Shown in pieces: positions 57,732 through 64,000 of a stretch of DNA of 64,000 bases. This DNA comes from an uncultured Candidatus Binatia bacterium (lineage in GTDB: Bacteria; Desulfobacterota; Binatia; UBA9968; CAXXLF01), in assembly GCA_965218425.1 (NCBI GenBank), contig OZ244621.1, forward strand, positions 448,001-512,000, in the 5' to 3' direction. The position numbers and the translations under genes were made by a program. Every line of letters begins with the position of its first letter. Within the stretch, counting starts at the first letter, position 1. Under the pieces are notes generated by a model. The model made no database searches, had not been told where the DNA came from, and saw only the letters and a list, made by a program, of their open reading frames with translations.

Positions 57732-58919
57732 CTACTTGAAGATGGAGTCCACCATTCTGGACTCCACCCCTTCCTTCTTTAGCGTCTCCTCATATTCATT
57801 GCGAATATATGGGTCCTCGTCCCGGTACGCAATGGCGGTTCCGCCATCTTTGATTTCGATGGCACCGTAGTCGATAGCCTTTTCCCCCGGCCGGCCGGCT
57901 TCGCGACCTGGAGCATTGGGACCAAACCAGGCCATCAAACGAAAAGGGTCATGACTGGTGCCAAAATGTTGGTGGAACCAGTGTCCTCCCATGGGTGCGG
58001 CACTAACCATACCCACGGGCTCGTAGTCCTGTCTTTTTACCTCACCGGCTTTTCCGTCTCTCCAGGGAGTCGTGCCCAGGGTTGCGGGCCAGGTATAGGT
58101 GTACCCCTTGCCTTTAATACAGATGAGGACGGCCGCCGAACCATGGGCGTGGGCCTTCGAGTACCGACCCGTTTCATGCTGGCCGATCCAAAAATAAAAC
58201 TTGTTACCGGTCATATGGGGCTCAATCCTCCGGTAGCCCGGCGAACGCCGGTTATCGCGAGGCAATTCACAATCCACAATGTCCGAAAGGAGATTGGTCC
58301 GGCGCATGGCGAGTCCTCTCACCGGATCGGGCTCGATATCCTCCTTGGGCTTGTAGTAATCTTCGCTCGCATCGTAACGGTCCGTAAATGAATAGGGGCA
58401 GTTGAAAATGAAGTCACTGTTCATGTAAAGGTTCATGGCGTTTGGTGCGGTAGTTCCCCCGAGCAATAGAGCCGGGCTAGAAGCCGCGTTGACGATCCGA
58501 TGCCAGGCATTCATGGGAATGGAGAACAGGGAGCCCGCCTGCCACTCAAAGGTCTGTTTCTTATTGCTTCCTTCAGCCCAAACCTCAGTCGTTCCGCGTC
58601 CTTCCACGACGAAATACTGCTCTTCATAGAGATGGCGCTCCGGGTTCAGGGCACCTGCGCCTGGAAGCTCAATAACGTAACATCCCCAGAGGCCCTCCGT
58701 GCCAAAGAGCTGAATGAAGGTACCGTTGCCGCCCACACGCTTCCAGGGTTTGAGAGGTAGGTCCTGGATCTTCCTGACCCCAATGGCACGGTAAATAGGA
58801 ATCCCCTGTTCTTCCATAAAGGTATCGTAATGTGAATTGGGACGTCCCCATTTGCCGTAACCTGCCTTCTCGCTTTCCCCCGTCGGTTCGTGCCATTCTT
58901 GCGCGTAATTTTCAGCCAT
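57732..58919 (-). CDS. Bicupin-domain protein of unknown function
   Basis: ERHLYEE..FVVEGRG...PMNAWH and KAHAH...GKGYT...WFHQHF cupin motifs. Confidence 0.85.
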   Translation of the reverse strand: MAENYAQEWHEPTGESEKAGYGKWGRPNSHYDTFMEEQGIPIYRAIGVRKIQDLPLKPWKRVGGNGTFIQLFGTEGLWGCYVIELPGAGALNPERHLYEEQYFVVEGRGTTEVWAEGSNKKQTFEWQAGSLFSIPMNAWHRIVNAASSPALLLGGTTAPNAMNLYMNSDFIFNCPYSFTDRYDASEDYYKPKEDIEPDPVRGLAMRRTNLLSDIVDCELPRDNRRSPGYRRIEPHMTGNKFYFWIGQHETGRYSKAHAHGSAAVLICIKGKGYTYTWPATLGTTPWRDGKAGEVKRQDYEPVGMVSAAPMGGHWFHQHFGTSHDPFRLMAWFGPNAPGREAGRPGEKAIDYGAIEIKDGGTAIAYRDEDPYIRNEYEETLKKEGVESRMVDSIFK

Positions 58920-58959
58920 GTCATCGCCTCCCTACCGATAATTACCCCCTAGCTTGGTG

Positions 58960-61419
58960 TTACTCATTTTCCTCATTTTTGTTTTCACTTCGGCGTTCCG
59001 AAACTGTGGACTGTTTTAATTTCTTAGAGTATTCTTCCAGCCGCTTTTCCACAAGTCCATTGATGGAGGTTGGAGGATAATGACCCTCACTATCCCTCTC
59101 ACCGGCGGGCGTACCGGTTAGAACTTCGATGCCCTCGTCGATGGTACTGACGGCAAAGATGTGAAAATTCCCTTGTTCAACGGCCTCCACCACATCAGGG
59201 CGCAGCATCAGATTTCTTAAATTGGAGCGGGGTACCACAACACCCTGAACCCCGGTCATTCCTTTGAGGCGGCAGATATCAAAAAAACCCTCTATCTTAC
59301 GGTTGATACTTCCGATGGCCTGGATGTCACCATTTTGATTCACCGAACCGGTGATGGCGATACCCTGTTTGATTGGGACCCCGGAGAGACTGGAAAGAAT
59401 GGCGTAGAGTTCAGTGGATGAAGCGCTGTCACCGTCTATCCCCTCATAGGACTGTTCGAAACAGAGACTTATGGACAGAGAAAGAGGCCGGTCCTGTGCG
59501 TACTTGAAACCAAGGTAGCCGCTCAGTATAAGAACCCCTTTGTCATGAGTCTTCCCGCTTAGTTTGGTCTCTCTCTCAATATTAATAATCCCTCCGCGGC
59601 CCAGGAAGGTCTTACAGGTTATCCGAGAAGGCTTACCAAAGCTAAAGCCTCCCATCTGATAGATGGCCAATCCATTGAGCTGCCCCACCACGGCTCCTTG
59701 AACATCCACTAGGATAGTTCCCTCGGCAATCATTTCTTGCAGCTTCTCCTCTATGAGGTTGAACCGAAAGGTCTTTTCATCCAATGCCTTTTCCACATGT
59801 TTACTCTTGACCAAGTCACTCCCGTCCTTCTTTGCCCAATAGTCAGACTCCACGAGGACATCCAAAATATCGCTAAAACGGGTCGAGAGCTTTTCCTGGT
59901 CTTCCACCAATCTCGCCCCATACTCAACGATTGCCGATACCCCGCCGGAATCGAAGTGACGGAGCCCTTCCCTCTGACAACAACCGCTAATGAAACAGGC
60001 ATAGGAAACGATACTATTGTTGGACTTATCGATTTGATAGTCAAAATCAGCCTTCACCTTGAAGGTTTCCCGGAAATCGGAGTCTGCAGTTGAGAGGTAC
60101 TGATACAGATGAGGGTCCCCGATCATAATTACTTTTGTGTCAGTTGGAATGGGCTCGGGTCTCAGACCCTGGGGAGGCATCCAGCCGAACTGGGAAGCCG
60201 GCTCTTCGATTCGATGTTCTTGATTCTTGATCACCCGCTTTAGGGACTCCCATACCCCCGGATTGGACAACACATCTCGATCGTAGAGAACTAAATAGCC
60301 TGCATTGGCACGATTGATGGAACCCGCCTTTACCTGAGTAAAGTCAGTGGTAAATCCCCCAAGGACCTGACGCTTCTCCACCACGCCGAACACGTTATGG
60401 TAGGTGGGATTGGTTTCAATGATGATTGGTGGTCCCTGGGTATCGCTGTTGTCCACAAAGACATTGACTCGGTAAGGTAGGAACGGATCGCTGGGATTTT
60501 CCGGAGGCTGAAGAAGGGCCAGTGGCCCCGTCCCGTCGGTGGCCTCGGTCTCTTTAAAATTTGCTAGGTTGCCTAGAATGTCGTCTTTCACTGCGTCAAG
60601 ATATTTATTCACCTTGGGATAATCCTCGTACTTGTCTTTGAGCTCCGACAACGGAATGCGTACCAGGTATTCTCCGGCTTGCCTGTCCAACGCACCTAGC
60701 TTTTCGGCGATTTCCCGTTCCAGCTTCTTTCCCTCACGTTGCGCCTGATCCACTCTCTTGCCGATCTCGTTTTGTTTCTCTTCCAATGCTTTTTCCTCTT
60801 CCACCGGTAGAGTCAGGTACTCGTCCTCCTGCATGGGCTTGCCGTCTTTTCGGAGCGGTATCATGACTATTCCTGCCGGAGAGAATCTAATGGCAAAACC
60901 GCCCTTTCGCCCCTCTTCCATTACGCCTTCCATGATTGCCTGATGGCGCTTTTGCATGTCCTCCACCAAGGTTTGTCGCTGGCGGGCATATTCTTCGCTC
61001 TCAAAAGTCGCCTTCACCTCCTTTTGAAGCGATTGCACGAATTCTTCCATATCTCTTTTGAGGATTTTCCCCCCGCCTCGCCGCACGTTCAATGCCAGCG
61101 GTCGGTCGGGGTCAGCGAAGTTATAAACGTAGCACCAGTCTTCGGGAACGGAAGAATCCTCCTCCGGATGAACCATTTCTGCGGTAACCTTTTTCAGAAA
61201 GGCTTTGATGATAGTGGTCTTCCCTGTACCGGTTAGTCCATTAACGTAAATGTTAAACCCCGGTTTGTTGACCCCTAAACCAAACTCAATGGCACGCATG
61301 GCTCTTTCCTGCCCGATGAAATCGGCCAGGGGAATCATGTCCGAGGTACAATCAAACGGGATTAGTGATGAGGCACATTTCCACCGGAGTCGATCCGGTG
61401 AAACCTCATAGGTTGCCAT
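58960..61419 (-). CDS. Lon-like (LonC/LonB-type, peptidase S16) protease
   Basis: IGQERA, GLTGTGKT, coiled coil, EQSYEGIDGDSAS (Ser) and KIEGF (Lys). Confidence 0.93.
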   Translation of the reverse strand: MATYEVSPDRLRWKCASSLIPFDCTSDMIPLADFIGQERAMRAIEFGLGVNKPGFNIYVNGLTGTGKTTIIKAFLKKVTAEMVHPEEDSSVPEDWCYVYNFADPDRPLALNVRRGGGKILKRDMEEFVQSLQKEVKATFESEEYARQRQTLVEDMQKRHQAIMEGVMEEGRKGGFAIRFSPAGIVMIPLRKDGKPMQEDEYLTLPVEEEKALEEKQNEIGKRVDQAQREGKKLEREIAEKLGALDRQAGEYLVRIPLSELKDKYEDYPKVNKYLDAVKDDILGNLANFKETEATDGTGPLALLQPPENPSDPFLPYRVNVFVDNSDTQGPPIIIETNPTYHNVFGVVEKRQVLGGFTTDFTQVKAGSINRANAGYLVLYDRDVLSNPGVWESLKRVIKNQEHRIEEPASQFGWMPPQGLRPEPIPTDTKVIMIGDPHLYQYLSTADSDFRETFKVKADFDYQIDKSNNSIVSYACFISGCCQREGLRHFDSGGVSAIVEYGARLVEDQEKLSTRFSDILDVLVESDYWAKKDGSDLVKSKHVEKALDEKTFRFNLIEEKLQEMIAEGTILVDVQGAVVGQLNGLAIYQMGGFSFGKPSRITCKTFLGRGGIINIERETKLSGKTHDKGVLILSGYLGFKYAQDRPLSLSISLCFEQSYEGIDGDSASSTELYAILSSLSGVPIKQGIAITGSVNQNGDIQAIGSINRKIEGFFDICRLKGMTGVQGVVVPRSNLRNLMLRPDVVEAVEQGNFHIFAVSTIDEGIEVLTGTPAGERDSEGHYPPTSINGLVEKRLEEYSKKLKQSTVSERRSENKNEENE

Positions 61420-61896
61420 AAATCCCTTCTAGCTTTGGCGGGAACGAACATATAACCTCACCAACAGGCTACAGTAATAGATATACGATCCAATTGCCAG
61501 ATACTCACCACTACATAAACCAGTAAATAATGAGTCCTTCTCGAGATTACAAGGATTAGCATTGGGAACCTTCTGTCCAGCTACGAACATCAGAATTCAC
61601 CATCGCCAAAAATGTGGACCCACTGCAAACTACTTACTAAACAGATTGAGAATCTATACATAACCCGTTGATATCATTACATTCTTATCCAACACAATAT
61701 TATTGGCAGGCCAATTTAGCGGGAAATCTTTGAAGCGATAAAAGGCCCTCGACTCTCGAAGACTCAGGTGGATACGACCGTTGAAAAGCTCAAAAACGCC
61801 CATGAACTCCTGACCGAACTCGAACGAAACCTAGAACTCAACCGTGACACCACACGACGTGAAGCAACCCATTCGAAGAAGTCATGATGCAGGATC

Positions 61897-62124
61897 TTAC
61901 TTCGTTGGCTTTAGAGCGATGACATACTTCTGAAAGCAAGCCACCGCATCCCCTAGCATTGCCGGCATAAGCCTTTTCTCCGGCTCAAGGAGGGTATTCC
62001 TCCGCTGGGTTTCCAGGTACTGATCTGTCAAAAGAGTGTCCGGTTGGAAGAGGGACGATATCCTATCATCCACGCTGCTAGAACCGGACTTTGTTGTCAT
62101 TGAATTTCTAATCACAATATTCAC
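61897..62124 (-). pseudogene. Truncated conserved hypothetical protein
   Basis: SLFQPDTLLTDQY...LEPEKRLM..ML.DAVACFQKY followed by an early stop. Confidence 0.55.
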
Positions 62125-62313
62125 CTACCCTCTTACCGATTACGCAAGGGGTATGCCAGTGTTTTATCCTGATAATCTGGAACAGTTCAGCCAGAATTCT
62201 TCCAAAATTTGGTAGCCCGACAACATGAAAGTCTCAAAACAAGGAAGTGAACATGGGTAGAGCGTTATTATATTGGCGGCGGGAGGAATCAAAAGGCAAG
62301 GAAATGACCGGCC

Positions 62314-62718
62314 CTAGAACTTCGCCATCAGTTTCTTTACCTTTAATTCGATAAGGTCGCGTACGGAGCGAAAATCATTGGGTTCCATATTTTTCGGGTC
62401 CGGGATGTCCCAATCCTCCCGTTCCTTGGTGCGCACGAACGGGCACTCGTCTCCGCACCCCATGGTGGCCACGAAATCGAATTCAACGTCCGGAATTTCC
62501 GAGAGCGTCTTGGAGAAATGGCGACTGAGGTCGTAGCCCAACTCATTCATGGATCTTATGGCCTTGGGATTGATCTTCCCGGATGGGCGGGAGCCTGCGC
62601 TGTAGGCTTCCACCCTACCCGTCCCGTGCATACGCGCAAAGGCCTCGGCCATCTGGCTGCGATTGGAGTTTTCTATACAGACAAAAAGAACCTTTTTCAC
62701 TTTTTTCGATTCCTCCAT
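62314..62718 (-). CDS. arsC: Arsenate reductase, LMW-PTP type
   Basis: VLFVCIENSNRSQMAEAF, SAGS, TMGCGDECP, WDIPDPK. Confidence 0.92.
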   Translation of the reverse strand: MEESKKVKKVLFVCIENSNRSQMAEAFARMHGTGRVEAYSAGSRPSGKINPKAIRSMNELGYDLSRHFSKTLSEIPDVEFDFVATMGCGDECPFVRTKEREDWDIPDPKNMEPNDFRSVRDLIELKVKKLMAKF

Positions 62719-62734
62719 CCACCATAGAATCAGC

Positions 62735-62909
62735 TGGATTGGCTAAAAAGTGCTCTAAATAGTTTTGCTCAAAAGCCTCACCGGCAGAGCATTCTCGTCT
62801 TCGGCTACATTACGATCCGTGAAAGGAACCTTATTATGGAAAGAAACTCTTTCACCACGTTACAGGAAGCTCAGCCAGTCGCCGTATATACCGTAACTTC
62901 TTTTTCCAT
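62735..62909 (-). pseudogene. Glutaredoxin/NrdH-like selenoprotein (UxxC), frameshifted and internally deleted
   Basis: MEKEVTVYTATG-UGA(62873-62871)-ASCNVVKEFLS, then one base missing, then NKVPFTDRNVAEDENAL; hairpin GAAAGA-GTT-TCTTTC downstream of the UGA. Confidence 0.85.
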
Positions 62910-62955
62910 CACTAGCTTCTGATTTTATACTCCAGCAGAGCAATATCCAAAATAA

Positions 62956-63162
62956 TCAGGCCTCTTTCCTGCTTTTTGACCATCCATATAACGCCAGAAC
63001 CAAAAAGGCCGCCAGTACGGGGAACAGAACGAAATCAAGATATGGGTTAAGCGCTGCCAGTCCGAGCAGGCTTAGCCCAAAAACGAGAATCGGTGTGAAG
63101 CAACAAACTGCCGCAATGATCGAACCCCAAAGACCTGTCTTGAAACACTTACTTGCATCCAT
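62956..63162 (-). CDS. merF: Mercury transport protein MerF
   Basis: GSIIAAVCCFTPILV..L..LGL...YLDFVLFP. Confidence 0.92.
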   Translation of the reverse strand: MDASKCFKTGLWGSIIAAVCCFTPILVFGLSLLGLAALNPYLDFVLFPVLAAFLVLALYGWSKSRKEA

Positions 63163-63226
63163 GACACATTCTCGCTGGTTAATTGCCGTTGGCAGAGCAC
63201 CTCGCGATCAGATGTGTGTCAGAAGA

Positions 63227-63547
63227 TCAAAAATTTCCATGAACGTAAAAAACCCAAGTCATCGTTAAAGCAGTGGAAACCCACAGGGCGATGGTCGTCA
63301 TCCACCGTGCCCTTTTCCGAATCCCGCCCCAATAAATATAATGGGACCGAGCGACCAGGACAACGGCCAATAGAAAGAACACGCCCCGAAACGGCGCAAA
63401 CCAATCACGAAACGCCGCCAGACCGGCGGCTAGGCTAGTGCCTCCGCCCAACAGGGCGTAGGCCAGCGCTGCGATTCATCACCAACTCCCAGCAAGTGCG
63501 CTCAACACAGAACCTATTGACGCTCTAGTCGGAGATTTTCCTTCCAT
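63227..63547 (-). CDS. MerT-like membrane transporter with tandem in-frame UGA-UGA (predicted Sec-Sec), 106 aa
   Basis: MEGKSPTRASIGSVLSALAGSW-UU-IAALAYALLGGGTSLAAGLAAFRDWFAPFRGVFFLLAVVLVARSHYIYW... UGAs at 63481-63476 occupy the MerT CC position; SECIS-like hairpins follow. Confidence 0.8.
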
Positions 63548-63634
63548 AACACCTGCCTTTCTCTAACCAATAATTTCTAAATGCCTTCTCGGCAATTTCA
63601 TTGTTGTAAAAAACTTCAAGACGCTCACTTTGTC

Positions 63635-64000
63635 CTACACCTTGCTTGGAATTTCTTTAGGTGGATGTGATCGGACGGACTCTTCCTCGCGCGTAAACAT
63701 CCGGGCCACCAGGACGAGGATCGGAATCAGATACATGTGACCGCTCACCCACATGATCCCCCCTCCCAGCGCCTGGTCATTGATGGGACTCAGGTCCATG
63801 AGCCGGGGCATCGCTTCGTAGAAAGGATAGAGGACCTTTTCCGGCAAGGAAATCACCATACCCAGCACCGTATTCTGAAGGGTGGCTGCCACAAGATACA
63901 TGATTCGAAACCCGTAGGGAATTTCACCGTGTAGTCTTGGCGCCGGGTTCACCACCGGCCACCAGAATACAAGGGAAGTGGAGAAAAACATAAGGTGTTC
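63635..64000 (-). CDS. Cytochrome c oxidase assembly protein (Caa3_CtaG family), 3' part
   Basis: EH..FF..SLVFWWPV, LYPFY, DQALGGGIMW motifs; 5' end outside window. Confidence 0.88.
   Translation of the reverse strand, partial: EHLMFFSTSLVFWWPVVNPAPRLHGEIPYGFRIMYLVAATLQNTVLGMVISLPEKVLYPFYEAMPRLMDLSPINDQALGGGIMWVSGHMYLIPILVLVARMFTREEESVRSHPPKEIPSKV

Overview
64 kb of bacterial chromosome. The gene inventory (Rieske oxygenases, UbiD, TTT/TAXI binding proteins, cupin-EutA pair, 'SLFQPD...LEPEKRLM' small protein) resembles Candidatus Binatia or related deltaproteobacteria; this is inference only. Left part (~1.76-26.4 kb): a decayed, integrase-less tandem island array at a tRNA-Thr(CGT) gene (intact gene 26353-26428, displaced 3' fragments at 1764-1810 and 23822-23847). 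It carries nested IS3 elements, a LysR-controlled operon (ferritin-like di-iron protein, Xsc-like ThDP enzyme, OCD-family enzyme, TTT binding protein, TauE, ADP-forming acyl-CoA ligase, enoyl-CoA hydratase), an intI-less integron remnant with two attC sites, and a Rieske/amidohydrolase/UbiD module. Right part: aromatic/heterocycle catabolic genes, a putative selenate (PhnCDE-like) ABC transporter with a LysR, and housekeeping genes. Three genes broken by the ORF track have in-frame UGA codons at catalytic Cys positions followed by SECIS-like hairpins: a peroxiredoxin (TxxU), a frameshifted UxxC glutaredoxin, and a MerT-like membrane protein with two adjacent UGA codons (predicted Sec-Sec). The last is the most striking observation and lies in a merT-merF-grx-arsC cluster.
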